NCBI GenBank assembly: GCA_029931975.1
Contig: JAOZQY010000001.1
Coordinates: 24,003 to 88,002, forward strand
Reading direction: 5' to 3'
Source of the DNA: Bacteroidales bacterium
Lineage (GTDB): Bacteria; Bacteroidota; Bacteroidia; Bacteroidales; GCA-2748055
Length of the DNA: 64,000 bases
Position 1 is the first letter of the stretch, and each line of letters begins with the position of its first letter. Below the pieces are notes generated by a model. That model was not told the origin of the DNA, made no database searches, and worked only from the letters and a program-made list of their open reading frames with translations. The position numbers and the translations under genes were made by a program. Below, in pieces: positions 19,790-30,341 of this stretch.

Positions 19790-21133
19790 TTACAGTCTGG
19801 ATTTGATTTGGGCGCTTTCCTCTTCAAAACCGGGTTTCTCCAGCAGGGCAAACATATTCTTTTTATATGCTTCCACGCCAGGCTGGTTGAAGGGATTGAT
19901 GCCCAGCATATACCCGCTGATGCCGCAAGCATTCTCAAAGAAATACAAGAGCTGACCCAGCCAATGGGCATTTAGAGCAGGAACGGAGATCCTTATGTTG
20001 GGGACGCCTCCATCCAGGTGGGCCAGGATGGTACCAAGCTCTGCCATTTTGTTAACATGGTCGATGTTTTTGCCTTCCAGGTAGTTCAACTGATCCAGGT
20101 TGGCAGGATCACCGGGAACCTTTACCTGGTGGTCGGTCTTTTCCACACTGATAACAGTTTCAAACAGGGTTCTTTCACCCTCCTGGATGTACTGCCCCAT
20201 GGAGTGGAGGTCGGTGGAGTTATCCACAGCAGCAGGAAAAATTCCCTTTCCTTTTTTCCCTTCACTTTCCCCATAAAGTTGTTTCCACCATTCCGATACG
20301 TAATGAAGCTTGTTGTGGTAATTCACCAGAAGTTCGATCTTCTTTCCCGAACGATAGAGTGCATTGCGGGTGGCCGCATAAAGAGCAGCAGGATTCTCCT
20401 CGAAAGGAAGGGCAGGATCGCAGCTCTGGCTCATTTCTTTGGCACCGGCTACCAGTTGCCTGATATCCACACCGCATATGGCCAGCGGGATCAGTCCCAC
20501 CGGGGTAAAAACCGAAAACCTTCCACCCACGTTATCCGGAATCACATAAGAACGGTAGCCTTCATCAGTTGCCAGTTGCCTGAGGGCTCCTTTACTGGAA
20601 TCGGTGACAGCAATGATCCGGTCCCGGGCTTCCTTTTTTCCAACTTTCTCTTCAAGATGGTTTTTAAGGATACGGAATGCCAGTGCAGGTTCGGTAGTGG
20701 TTCCGGATTTGGATATGACTACTATGGAATAGCTCTGTTCATCGAGCAGTTCCAGCAGCTCGTGCATATAGTCTTCACCGATATTGTGTCCTGCAAAAAG
20801 CATATGGGGAGCCTTCTGGCCCTTCTTCAGGTGAGAAAAATTGTGTGCCAGTGCATCATTTACTGCTCGGGCACCCAGGTAGGATCCTCCGATTCCCACC
20901 ACCACGAGAACTTCGGTTTTTTCTTTTAATCCGGCCACTGCAGTTTCAATGCCGACAATTTGTTCTTGGGCAATTTCCGAAGGAAGGTGAAGCCATCCCA
21001 GATAATCGTTTCCCTGCCCATCTCCTTGGTAAAGAGTTTGTTGTGCTGATAAAGTTTCTCCGGAAAGCTTTTTGATTTCTTCCGCTGAAACGAAATCGTA
21101 AACCCTTGAAATATCCAGTGTAATCTGTTCCAT
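19790..21133 (-). CDS. pgi: Glucose-6-phosphate isomerase
   Basis: 447 aa with [18 protein letters not shown] and the [11 protein letters not shown] region. Confidence 0.93.
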   Translation of the reverse strand: MEQITLDISRVYDFVSAEEIKKLSGETLSAQQTLYQGDGQGNDYLGWLHLPSEIAQEQIVGIETAVAGLKEKTEVLVVVGIGGSYLGARAVNDALAHNFSHLKKGQKAPHMLFAGHNIGEDYMHELLELLDEQSYSIVVISKSGTTTEPALAFRILKNHLEEKVGKKEARDRIIAVTDSSKGALRQLATDEGYRSYVIPDNVGGRFSVFTPVGLIPLAICGVDIRQLVAGAKEMSQSCDPALPFEENPAALYAATRNALYRSGKKIELLVNYHNKLHYVSEWWKQLYGESEGKKGKGIFPAAVDNSTDLHSMGQYIQEGERTLFETVISVEKTDHQVKVPGDPANLDQLNYLEGKNIDHVNKMAELGTILAHLDGGVPNIRISVPALNAHWLGQLLYFFENACGISGYMLGINPFNQPGVEAYKKNMFALLEKPGFEEESAQIKSRL

Positions 21134-21238
21134 TTTATTGTTCTAAGGAGTTAGATAATATAGCGCAAAAGTAAACAAAATTCTTTCTATTTTTCCCAAA
21201 ATGTTATCTTCACTACCCTGATTTTATATATTCTTAGC

Positions 21239-22870
21239 ATGAAAGTATTAGCAGCTTTTATTTCTGTGATCCTGTTCTCTTTTCCGCTTTATGCCCAGAA
21301 GAAGGGCATGGAGTCGATCAATGTACACGATCTTAAGATGCATATGAAGTTTCTGGCCTCCGATGAATTGGAAGGGCGCGATACCGGTGAACCCGGTTTG
21401 CAGGTAGCGGCCCGGTACCTTGCTGTACAGGCAGAGCAGCTTGGACTTCAGGCTGCAGATGCTGATGGGAATTATATGCAGCCTTATATTATTGAGGAGA
21501 AAGCTTATGACCGTGGAAAATGTCATGTGGCCATCATGCTTGGGGATTCCCTTTTAACATTGAACTCCGATCCTTTCTATGTTTTACCGGCCCCTTCCGG
21601 GGATCGAACCATTATTGAAGGAGACGTGGTATTTGTGGGCTATGGAATCAGCTCGGAAGAGCATGGGTATAACGATTTTGAGAAAGTGGATATTCGCGAT
21701 AAGGTAGTGCTGATGATGAACCGGGCTCCCATGAATGAGGAAGGAACCCAGGCGCAGTTTGATAACAGCAAATGGACCGGGATGGAGAATCTCCAGTATA
21801 AAATGCAGTATATATACTCGCAGCAACCTAAGGCAGTATTGATGGTGATGGACCCAAAGTCAGGCATGCGTTCCATTGAAGATGTGAATCCGGCCATTGG
21901 AAAGTATCTGAGCAGGTCCCGGGGATTGAAGGCAGAGGAGGAAGAGACTGACGGAGGTAATGGGAACTCGCCCGAAGTGGTATTTGTCCATCGCAGTGTG
22001 GCCGATCAGCTGCTGGCACCTTTGGGTAAAAACCTGGAGGACCTGCAACTGGAGATTGACCGGAACCTGGTCCCGCAATCCTTTCCACTGGAAGGAATCA
22101 TAGTGAAGGTTGAATTGTTTATGGAAACCAAAGATCTGGAGATAGATAATATTTTTGGTATGATCGAAGGAAGTGATCCGCTTCTGAAGGATGAGGTGGT
22201 GATCTACATGGCTCATTACGATCATTTGGGTGTCGACGGAGAAGGGGGGGTGTTTAACGGGGCCGATGACAACGCATCGGGAACCGTGGCGCTTATTGAG
22301 ATTGCCGAAGCGTTTATGAAAGAGAAGAAGCGCCCCAAAAGAAGTGTGGGTTTTCTATGGGTATCGGCCGAAGAGATTGGACTGTTTGGATCAGAATACT
22401 TTGCAGCACATCCGCTAATTCCGCATGATAGAATTGCTGCAGCCATCAATCTCGATATGGTGGGCCGCACCAGGACGGAAGAGGATTCAAAAAGCTCCCG
22501 TTCCGGACTGACCATTCAGGGGGGCGATTCGGTAAAGGTTATTGGCGGACTTCAAAGCAAGGTGCTTATGGAGATCAATGAGCGTTCGCTGGCAGAAGCG
22601 GGTCTGGTGGGAAATTACCGGTATAACAATCTCACAGATCCCAATCGGTACTTCTTTCGGAGCGATCACATCAGCTTTGCCAGGAAAGATATCCCGGTAT
22701 TGTCCTACTCAACCGGTACACATCGTGATTACCACCTGGTAAGTGATGTGGAGGAATCCATCGATTATGATAAATTCCTGAAAATGACACGTTTCTGCTA
22801 TAAGGCAGGATTCAATGTGGCACAATACAGCGGTCCAATTAAGGTTGACAAGCCCATGTCGATGTGGTAA
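21239..22870 (+). CDS. M28-family metallopeptidase (secreted)
   Basis: Signal peptide, a PA-like insert, and the M28 core HYDHLG ... GADDNASGTVALIE ... AEEIGLFGS. Confidence 0.85.
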   Translation: MKVLAAFISVILFSFPLYAQKKGMESINVHDLKMHMKFLASDELEGRDTGEPGLQVAARYLAVQAEQLGLQAADADGNYMQPYIIEEKAYDRGKCHVAIMLGDSLLTLNSDPFYVLPAPSGDRTIIEGDVVFVGYGISSEEHGYNDFEKVDIRDKVVLMMNRAPMNEEGTQAQFDNSKWTGMENLQYKMQYIYSQQPKAVLMVMDPKSGMRSIEDVNPAIGKYLSRSRGLKAEEEETDGGNGNSPEVVFVHRSVADQLLAPLGKNLEDLQLEIDRNLVPQSFPLEGIIVKVELFMETKDLEIDNIFGMIEGSDPLLKDEVVIYMAHYDHLGVDGEGGVFNGADDNASGTVALIEIAEAFMKEKKRPKRSVGFLWVSAEEIGLFGSEYFAAHPLIPHDRIAAAINLDMVGRTRTEEDSKSSRSGLTIQGGDSVKVIGGLQSKVLMEINERSLAEAGLVGNYRYNNLTDPNRYFFRSDHISFARKDIPVLSYSTGTHRDYHLVSDVEESIDYDKFLKMTRFCYKAGFNVAQYSGPIKVDKPMSMW

Positions 22871-22874
22871 GTGC

Positions 22875-23528
22875 CTATAGAGGCTGTAGATAGATGTTTC
22901 TGAACTGCAAGGGAGCACCTTCCGATTGAAGGGCAATATTTCCTTCGGTGAGGGACATGTCGCTCGCGATATTCTGCAGAACTCCATTCACAATTACCTC
23001 CAGGTTTCCATCTTTTGAGGTGATCTTATAGCTGTTCCATTCCCCTGCTGGTTTTTCACTGCTCTCCTCGAATTTTGGAATAACCAGGTAGCGGTTCTGC
23101 TCCGAGCTAACCATGTAGGTGGAATCTTTGATGGTGATAGCAGCTCCTTTTCCCATCAGAACAATGTCTCCTGCTTTTCCATCCATTAACTGGCATTCGA
23201 TGCAGTGAGGAAAGATCATTTCTTTGCCCTGTACATTAATCAGCACGCCACTGTTGGAGGGTTCTCCGGTCCATCTCCACTCCAGGTGCAGTGTATAATT
23301 ACTGTAAGACTCCCTGGTCCGGATATAGCCGAAAGGCTGTCCGATGGTATTTAAAACACCATCTTCCACATAAAAGAGGTCTTTAGGTTCTCCGTCTTCA
23401 CTATCCACAATGATGTTCCAGTTATCCAGATCCTGTCCGTTGAAGAGTTCGATCTTTCTTTCGGTGTTGCAGGAGAGTACCAATAGGGAAAGGCAAATAA
23501 ATATTGCTGATGTTAGTAAGGTTTTCAT
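22875..23528 (-). CDS. DUF1080 (3-keto-disaccharide hydrolase-like) domain protein, secreted
   Basis: Signal/lipobox LLVLSC, then LFNGQDLDNWN ... YSNYTLHLEWRW ... NSGVLI ... IALQSEG ... FRNI pattern. Confidence 0.7.
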   Translation of the reverse strand: MKTLLTSAIFICLSLLVLSCNTERKIELFNGQDLDNWNIIVDSEDGEPKDLFYVEDGVLNTIGQPFGYIRTRESYSNYTLHLEWRWTGEPSNSGVLINVQGKEMIFPHCIECQLMDGKAGDIVLMGKGAAITIKDSTYMVSSEQNRYLVIPKFEESSEKPAGEWNSYKITSKDGNLEVIVNGVLQNIASDMSLTEGNIALQSEGAPLQFRNIYLQPL

Positions 23529-23578
23529 ATGTAAATAATTTCAGTTGTTATTGGGTTAATCAAACATAGTACAAATTT

Positions 23579-24409
23579 TCAGTACACCTCCGGAACAAAG
23601 GTCTGGTCCGAGAGGGGGGGCCTGACATATCCCTCCATGGAGATGGGAGGAAGGTCGATTTTTTTATGCTTGATCTCCTTGTAGGGGATCATGGACAATA
23701 AATGATGAATAGTATTCAGGCGGGCCCTTCTTTTTTCATCAGCGTTAACCACAAACCATGGTGCTGTTTTGGTGTCTGTATAGGAGAACATCTCATCTTT
23801 GGCCTTGCTGTATTCGATCCACCGGCTCCTCGATTCCAGGTCCATTGGACTGAATTTCCACCTTTTCAGTGGATCTGCGATGCGCTCACGGAAACGTTTT
23901 TCCTGCTCATCATCGCTCACAGAGAACCAGTATTTAATCAGGATGATTCCTGAGTGAATCAGCATTTCTTCGAAGCGGGGGCACGAGCGCAGAAAATCCC
24001 AGTACTCATCCTCTGTACAGAAGCCCATCACATGCTCCACACCAGCCCGGTTGTACCAGCTTCTGTCGAAAAGGACGATCTCTCCTTCAGCCGGAAGATG
24101 GGCCACGTAACGTTGAAAATACCATTGGGTCTTTTCGCGTTCTGTGGGCACTCCAAGGGCTACTACCCTGCAGATTCTTGGGTTCAGTCGCTGTGTAATT
24201 CGTTTGATGACTCCTCCTTTTCCGGCTGCATCGCGACCCTCGAAAAGGACCACTACGCGGAGTTTTTCTGACTTAACCCATTCATGAAGCTTCACCAGTT
24301 CGAGCTGTAGTACCTCTAGTTCCTTGAAATAGAATTTCTTATTGAGTTTTGTCTCTTTTGAATTACTGCCGGTATCGGTTGATTTTTTTTGCTTTTGGCT
24401 CTTGGTCAT
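23579..24409 (-). CDS. ppk2: Polyphosphate kinase 2
   Basis: VVLFEGRDAAGKGG Walker A and FDRSWYNRAGVE. Single PPK2 domain, 276 aa. Confidence 0.9.
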   Translation of the reverse strand: MTKSQKQKKSTDTGSNSKETKLNKKFYFKELEVLQLELVKLHEWVKSEKLRVVVLFEGRDAAGKGGVIKRITQRLNPRICRVVALGVPTEREKTQWYFQRYVAHLPAEGEIVLFDRSWYNRAGVEHVMGFCTEDEYWDFLRSCPRFEEMLIHSGIILIKYWFSVSDDEQEKRFRERIADPLKRWKFSPMDLESRSRWIEYSKAKDEMFSYTDTKTAPWFVVNADEKRRARLNTIHHLLSMIPYKEIKHKKIDLPPISMEGYVRPPLSDQTFVPEVY

Positions 24410-24492
24410 AAGGAGTGGGGTATAGGGGTAAATTTATAATAAAATAGGATATGATTCAATGCAGGTTTTATGCAAGATACAATATGTGCAAC

Positions 24493-24528
24493 AAATAAAA
24501 AGGCCATCTGCCATAGGCGGATGGCCTT
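24493..24528 (-). terminator. Intrinsic terminator after upp
   Basis: 9-bp stem AAGGCCATC / GATGGCCTT (24500-24528). On the minus strand it is followed by TTTTATTT. Confidence 0.65.
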
Positions 24529-24609
24529 GTATCAAATGTAAATCAAGCGCCTTGCTGCTTGTTCAGGCCAACTGTTCATCACAAGTTAAGTTATAAGATA
24601 GTGAATGAA

Positions 24610-25248
24610 TTAGCTTTGTTCCGGAAAATCGTTAGTGCCAAAGAGACGATCGCCGGCATCGCCCAGACCGGGGACAATGTATCCCAGCTCATTCAAACCT
24701 TCATCCAGGGCAGCCAGGAATATATCAACGTCCGGGTGATCCTTGCTGACCCGCTCAAGGCCTTCCGGGGCACCCACAATACAGACCAGTTTCAGATCGC
24801 TTGCACCCTCACTTTTTAGTTTATCCAGGGTGGCGCTGGCACTTCCCCCGGTGGCCAGCATCGGATCCAGAACAAGGACAATAGCTTTCTTTATTCGGTA
24901 AGGGAACTTTGCATAATAGCTATGTGGCTCGAGGGTGGCATGGTCACGGTACATACCCACGTGTCCGATTTTCGCAATGGGAATCAGGTTGGTGATTCCA
25001 TCCACCATGCCAAGTCCGGCTCTTAGCACCGGAATTAGAACAATGTCCCTTGAAAGTTCACTTGTTATGCACTTGGTCAGTGGGGTTTCGGTCTCGGTTT
25101 TGCGGAGTGGGATATCCCTGGTGATTTCGTAAGCCATTAATCCGGCAATCTCATTTACGTTTTCACGAAACTCCTTGGTCCCAGTATGTTTGTTTCGAAT
25201 TTGGGTCAGCTTGTGCTGAATCAGTGGGTGGTCGACGATGTGAAGCAT
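24610..25248 (-). CDS. upp: Uracil phosphoribosyltransferase
   Basis: [18 protein letters not shown]-binding loop and C-terminal [16 protein letters not shown]. Confidence 0.93.
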   Translation of the reverse strand: MLHIVDHPLIQHKLTQIRNKHTGTKEFRENVNEIAGLMAYEITRDIPLRKTETETPLTKCITSELSRDIVLIPVLRAGLGMVDGITNLIPIAKIGHVGMYRDHATLEPHSYYAKFPYRIKKAIVLVLDPMLATGGSASATLDKLKSEGASDLKLVCIVGAPEGLERVSKDHPDVDIFLAALDEGLNELGYIVPGLGDAGDRLFGTNDFPEQS

Positions 25249-25253
25249 AGAAT

Positions 25254-26555
25254 CTATTGTTTAAAAACCGAAGAGTCCGTCTCTCTTTTATTGCCGCGGA
25301 AAGCTGCAACAAATGCCTGTTCGAATCCTGACTCTTTGCACTGAAGTCTGAATGCATTTGCTTCCACAACTGTTTCGAACTGTCCGACCGTTATTCTGTA
25401 AGAACCCTTATAATAATATTCATTCGTAGTGTAGCTTTTCCCGGCAATGCTCACAGAGGGTGTGCTCTCTGCTTTCTCACTGGACTTGATCTGGACCCGG
25501 AAAGTGACCAGGTCCGGATCAGATTGCAATGCAGGTTCCTGATTTTCATTTCTGACCGGGGGCTGTTCCAGTTCTTTTTCAGGTTCAGCCTGAGGACGGT
25601 TGACTGACTGTATGGCTGGATCGGCGAGGGTTTGCAGAAGCAGAGAGATCGTTCTGGACGATTCTTCCTCCATAAGGGAGTCAGTAAATGAGGCCTTGTT
25701 CAGGCTGACCCTGAGCGCCATCCCTCCTGATCCTGATGGATCTGTTCTGGAAAAAAGAGCCACCTGTTTTTCTGGATGAAAGCATATTCCCAGTTCATTG
25801 TCCGGACCGTTTAACGATCTTCCCAGGTTCCGGGGATGGTCCCAACTTTGCCCGTTGAAGGGGCAGAAAAAAATATCATATCCACCATATCCTGAGTGAC
25901 CGGTGGAGGAGAACCAGAGATTGTTCTGGCTATCCAGGAAAGGGAACCTTTCGTGACCGCTGGAATTGATCTCTTTTCCCAGGCTTATGGGTGTGGACCA
26001 ACCCTCGTCGGTGTTTTGGCTGACAAAAAGGTCAAGTCCCCCGCTTGTTGGAAGCCGGTCTGACGAAAAGACCATTACTGAATCATTTGAGGAGACAGCA
26101 GGATGAAGGTAACGGTACTGATCAGCTGTAAAGGAAAGTTGCCAGAGGTCAAAAACTTTCTGGTCTTCTATGGACATTTCAAATATCTTTTCCACAGTTC
26201 CGTATTTTTCTTTCTTCAGGGACCTGGTATAATACCCCTTGCTGTGGTCTGCCCGAAAAGAGAAGCTGGCCGGAGAGCCGAAGAATTGTTTATTTGCAAA
26301 AAGTGTCCGGGCACTTGCCGGATCAGCTTGATCAATCGGAGTACGATAGTTTATTGCTTCCCCGGATTTCAGGAAAATAATATCATCCTGATAAAAGCCC
26401 ACATCATAGCAGGGACCTGTTAAATTCAGGTCCAGGGTATCGATCAGAAGCCATTCTTCAGCTTGCGAACCAAGAGAGTCGGAATAATAGTAATCGTTGG
26501 CTGTCACCGGGATGAGTGAATAGGTCGCAATCAGATATAAGGTAAACAAACTCAT
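25254..26555 (-). CDS. PD40-repeat (TolB-like) protein with C-terminal SPOR peptidoglycan-binding domain
   Basis: Repeated FSSDR...GGLDLF / FSSTG..GGYDIF motifs. The C-terminus FRVQIKSS ... [34 protein letters not shown] has a SPOR-like pattern. Confidence 0.65.
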   Translation of the reverse strand: MSLFTLYLIATYSLIPVTANDYYYSDSLGSQAEEWLLIDTLDLNLTGPCYDVGFYQDDIIFLKSGEAINYRTPIDQADPASARTLFANKQFFGSPASFSFRADHSKGYYTRSLKKEKYGTVEKIFEMSIEDQKVFDLWQLSFTADQYRYLHPAVSSNDSVMVFSSDRLPTSGGLDLFVSQNTDEGWSTPISLGKEINSSGHERFPFLDSQNNLWFSSTGHSGYGGYDIFFCPFNGQSWDHPRNLGRSLNGPDNELGICFHPEKQVALFSRTDPSGSGGMALRVSLNKASFTDSLMEEESSRTISLLLQTLADPAIQSVNRPQAEPEKELEQPPVRNENQEPALQSDPDLVTFRVQIKSSEKAESTPSVSIAGKSYTTNEYYYKGSYRITVGQFETVVEANAFRLQCKESGFEQAFVAAFRGNKRETDSSVFKQ

Positions 26556-26739
26556 TTGAACAAGATGAAATGTTTTATGTTATCTGAATTAGACTGCAGG
26601 CATTATCAAAGGTATAAGATTTTATAATTAACGATCAATTAATCGCGAAAGTGTGGGAAATTTTTTATTCATACTGCTTTTTCATAAATTGGCTATCGTT
26701 TTGGAACCGAAAACAATAATCAAACTAAATGTTTCAACC

Positions 26740-27573
26740 ATGAAAAAGGCACTGTATCAACAACCAGGCATATTTGTAATAGGATTAGTGATCTCTATTT
26801 TGCTAATCTTTTCCGCTTGTAACACAACACAGAAGAAGCAGGGAGATGTAGCTATGGCGGATGGGGAATCTGCCACAAAAGAAGAAGTTGTAAAAGATCT
26901 TTCCGGTTATCCAATTCCCACATCCTATGAGATTACAACGCTCATTTACCAGGCAGGAGCCCCTTATATACAGTCCCTTTCCAATGGTCCTGAAAAAGCA
27001 GGTGAGTATATCACTCAGCGCGATAAAGTGCTGAACCTAGGTGTATATGCAACGGACCTCTGTTACGCAACTACCTATATGATGAAGCAGGGAACCATGA
27101 ATTACCTGGAAGCATCCAAAACCCTCATTGATGATCTTGGGATTTCGACCACCTTTAACATAAAATATGCGGAGCGCATTGAGATAAATATAGATAACCG
27201 CGATTCCCTGATTCAGATTGTTGGAGAATCTTTCGAGGATACATGGAATTATCTGGTTGATAATCAGCAGGATGTATTGGCCCGCCTGGTCGTATGCGGA
27301 AGCTGGATAGAAGGGATCTATATTACCACTAATGTTGCGATAAAAGCAATTGACAATACATCTTTTCTCGAGGCGCTTGCAAAGCAAAAGAATTCCTTGA
27401 ATCAACTGGTCACTATCCTTGAACCTGTCAAAGATGTGGAGGAGGTGACTGATTTATACAAGGGCTTGTTCGAACTTCAGTCTTTCTATGAAGGAGTTGG
27501 AGATGTTTTGACCGGTGAGCAGTTGACCGAAGTTTCAGCCCTGGTGGAGACCTTGCGCAGCGGTATAGTATAG
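26740..27573 (+). CDS. Helical lipoprotein, paralog of 39280..40227
   Basis: Start placed at Met30 of the listed ORF (MKKALY...LLIFSAC lipobox). Collinear by eye with the 315-aa lipoprotein of the intact operon (LNLGVYATDLCYA vs ALGIYMTDLAYSA; CGSWIEGIYITTN vs SAGAFIESLYLAAN). Confidence 0.6.
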   Translation: MKKALYQQPGIFVIGLVISILLIFSACNTTQKKQGDVAMADGESATKEEVVKDLSGYPIPTSYEITTLIYQAGAPYIQSLSNGPEKAGEYITQRDKVLNLGVYATDLCYATTYMMKQGTMNYLEASKTLIDDLGISTTFNIKYAERIEINIDNRDSLIQIVGESFEDTWNYLVDNQQDVLARLVVCGSWIEGIYITTNVAIKAIDNTSFLEALAKQKNSLNQLVTILEPVKDVEEVTDLYKGLFELQSFYEGVGDVLTGEQLTEVSALVETLRSGIV

Positions 27574-27607
27574 AACAGTGTCGGCCGGCAATGGCTGATC
27601 AGACATA

Positions 27608-29293
27608 ATGAAAGAGGCCGTATTAAATGCGCTGTTACAGCTATTTGCAATAATAGCCAATGTATCAGAGGATGGTGTTTCTTTCAAAGCCAGGTCAATT
27701 GTTAAAGCTTTTCTCAGACAACACCTGAAAACCAACCTGATCAATAAATATCTGGTTGTCTTTGATAGTTACCTGGAAATTCATCATCCCGATTTGTTTG
27801 GTGGTGAAATTAGGAGCCGCAGGCAAACCCTTTCCGACTTGGAGAGACTGAAATATATTACTGAGGAGATAAACAGGAGTTTGCTTCAGCGCGAAAAATT
27901 CATCGTTTTTTTTACGACTGGTTGAATTCATCAATGAAGATGATATAATGACCGCCAAAGAGCTAGCCTTTATAAGGACCATAGCCGATTCATTCAATAT
28001 TTCCAGGACAGAGCATGATAACACGAAGAACTTTGTACTGAATGCATACAATGCCATTGACAAGGAGCATATCATGGTAATTGACAGTATGAAGTTACCT
28101 GAGATCAAGGGAATCAGGCACCAGAGGGAGAAGGATCTGGAGGGCAGGATCGCCATCCTTCATCACCCTAGCACAGACACATTTGTGGTTCGCTACCTGG
28201 GTGACCTGAACCTGTTCCTGAACGGGCGACCAGTTATTCCTGAAAGAATTGAACTATTGGAACAGGGATCCTTAATTACAGGGTCGCTGATCAGCCCGGT
28301 TTATTACAGCGATATTTCCAGAAAATTTCATCATGTCAAGGAGTTCACAAAGATTTCCTTTGTGGCAAAGGATATTGAATATCGCTTTAAGAACAGCAAC
28401 AAAGGGATAAAAAAATTCAGCTTCAGCAAAGAGTCGGGCAATTTGATTGGAATTATGGGTGGAAGCGGGGTAGGGAAGTCGACCCTGCTTAATTTATTGT
28501 GTGGAAAGTTGAAGCCGCTTTCGGGACAAATTACAATCAATGGCTATGATATCCACCAGGAAGAGTCTGAAATAGAGGGAATTCTTGGTTTTGTTCCCCA
28601 GGATGATCTTTTGCTGGAAGAACTAACGGTTTTTATGAATCTCTATCTTAATGCCAAACTCTGTCTGAGCAACCTGACTGAAAAAGAACTGCTGAGGAGG
28701 GTCCATCAGGTTCTTACGGATCTGGACCTGGAGGAGATAAAGCACCTGAAGGTTGGTAATCCCCTGAAAAAGTTTATCAGCGGTGGACAGCGTAAAAGAC
28801 TCAATATCGCCCTTGAGCTGATCAGGGAATCACTGGTTTTGTTTGTGGATGAACCCACGTCCGGACTCTCGTCCATGGGCTCGGAAAAGGTGATGTTGCT
28901 TCTGAAGGAGCAGGCCCTAAAAGGAAGGAAGTCCGGGTTCTGGAACTTATCGATAAGTGGGGCGGAAAGGAAGCATATGTGGAAATGAATAATAACTATT
29001 CTAATAAAAGACTTGAGGATTTGCTTTTAAATAAGGGTCAGTTTGTGACAGAATGGAATACGCACCTGGTAAGGAAAGAGGCCCCGATATACCAGGTACC
29101 CAATTCCAGAATTGGCAGGGCACATTTGTTCGCACCGGTAAAACGACTGGGCCCTCTTTCTATTGGAACTTACTGGTTTAACATGCTTGCTATCTGGATT
29201 TCTGTCATTATTTTTTTCATTACCCTGTATTACGACCTCTTGCGGAAATTCACCACATGGAACCGGATCCGGAAACTGCGTAAAAGTACCTAG
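27608..29293 (+). pseudogene. Decayed paralog of the 1028-aa TerB-like ABC ATPase/permease (frameshift plus large internal deletion)
   Basis: Three consecutive ORFs (27608-27925, 27948-28988, 28979-29293) align in order to residues ~1-105, ~105-445 and ~900-1028 of the protein encoded at 40263..43349. The frame changes at a T8 tract and again at ~28920. Walker A, signature and Walker B are retained; the H-loop and all permease helices are absent. Confidence 0.7.
27906..27913 (+). repeat. T8 homopolymer at the first frameshift site of the decayed ABC gene
   Basis: Counted directly: cgTTTTTTTTacg. Removing one T joins ...REKFIVFF to LRLVEFINEDDIMTAKEL. Confidence 0.9.
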
Positions 29294-29704
29294 GAACAAT
29301 CCTTTCCTGATGAGATAGGAATGATTCTCGAGTCATCCTGTTATGATTACTATTCCACAGGTGCAACACCGGAAAAAGCTCTGAATGCTATTAATTTCAG
29401 TGACTGGGAAGCATACAGTCTCACAAAAAAAATCGGCTTGCTGGGGGATATCTGTAAAATGGCAGAAGATGAGGCCTTGAAAGTAATGCGTGAGTAAAGG
29501 GCTTCTTAGTGATCGATTCATGTTAAAAATATGAAATTTGGTCAAAACTTGCTGCCAGTCCCAAACTATTGGGATACCCTTTTGTTTTCCTTCTGTCACA
29601 ATTTAAAATCATTTGGTAAAAATCAGAGATGGGAATCTTATTGATAGATTGAACTTTAGAAGTTTAAGAAGTATATTTGTATAAAATCGAAAAACCATAC
29701 TGCC

Positions 29705-30253
29705 ATGAAAAACTTAACAAGAGTATTATTGCTCGTAATGATAACAGTCAGCCTTAGCTCCTGCGAATCGATTAAAGGCATTTTTGATGTTGAAGTGGAT
29801 ACTACCATTGAAGGCGAAATGGATATCCAGACGGATGGGACTGCTCTGAAATCCACAAATGATTATGGATTTGATGAATCGATCACAGTGGCTGTTTTAA
29901 ATGATGATCTGTATGAATATGAGGATAAGATTCAGGAATTTAAAACTTCGGATGTTACCATAGAGGTACTCTCGGTAGACTCTTCAGATGTAGTGTTTTT
30001 GCCCGGTACTATATTTACAATTTCAAATGGGGTGAACCCTTCCGTAAGCTGGGAGATAACCACAGATTGGCCCCTTGAGCAGGGAAGTATGCTGGATCTC
30101 CTGGATGCAGGTCTCTATGCTGGGGTCGAGACAATTTTAGATGAAAGGGTAGATATTACTATTTCGGCTGTGGGCAGCGCTAACAAAGGGAATGTCCATG
30201 CTACAATTCGAGTGGGTATTGAGGTTACGGTTGTTGCCAATCCCCTGGATTAA
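29705..30253 (+). CDS. Hypothetical lipoprotein
   Basis: Signal peptide with lipobox (VSLSSC), then an acidic, beta-rich 160-aa body. No family recognised. Confidence 0.5.
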   Translation: MKNLTRVLLLVMITVSLSSCESIKGIFDVEVDTTIEGEMDIQTDGTALKSTNDYGFDESITVAVLNDDLYEYEDKIQEFKTSDVTIEVLSVDSSDVVFLPGTIFTISNGVNPSVSWEITTDWPLEQGSMLDLLDAGLYAGVETILDERVDITISAVGSANKGNVHATIRVGIEVTVVANPLD

Positions 30254-30341
30254 GCTTACATAAGAAAGCTAATTGGAAGGTTTTCCGTTTTATATGATAA
30301 TTTTACATCTGCATTAGTGCACACAGTAAAATATCACTCCC

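Noticed and set aside
20018-20929. 303-aa ORF on the plus strand
   Set aside because: It lies entirely antisense to the well-supported pgi gene. The composition is low-complexity and His/Phe-rich with no recognisable motif, so it is a shadow ORF.
29321-29497. 58-codon ATG-initiated ORF (MILESSCYDYYSTGATPEKALNAINFSDWEAYSLTKKIGLLGDICKMAEDEALKVMRE) in the gap after the decayed ABC gene
   Set aside because: The sequence looks protein-like and helical, but it is short, I recognise no family, and there is no supporting signal. It could be real or a remnant, and I cannot support it from sequence alone.
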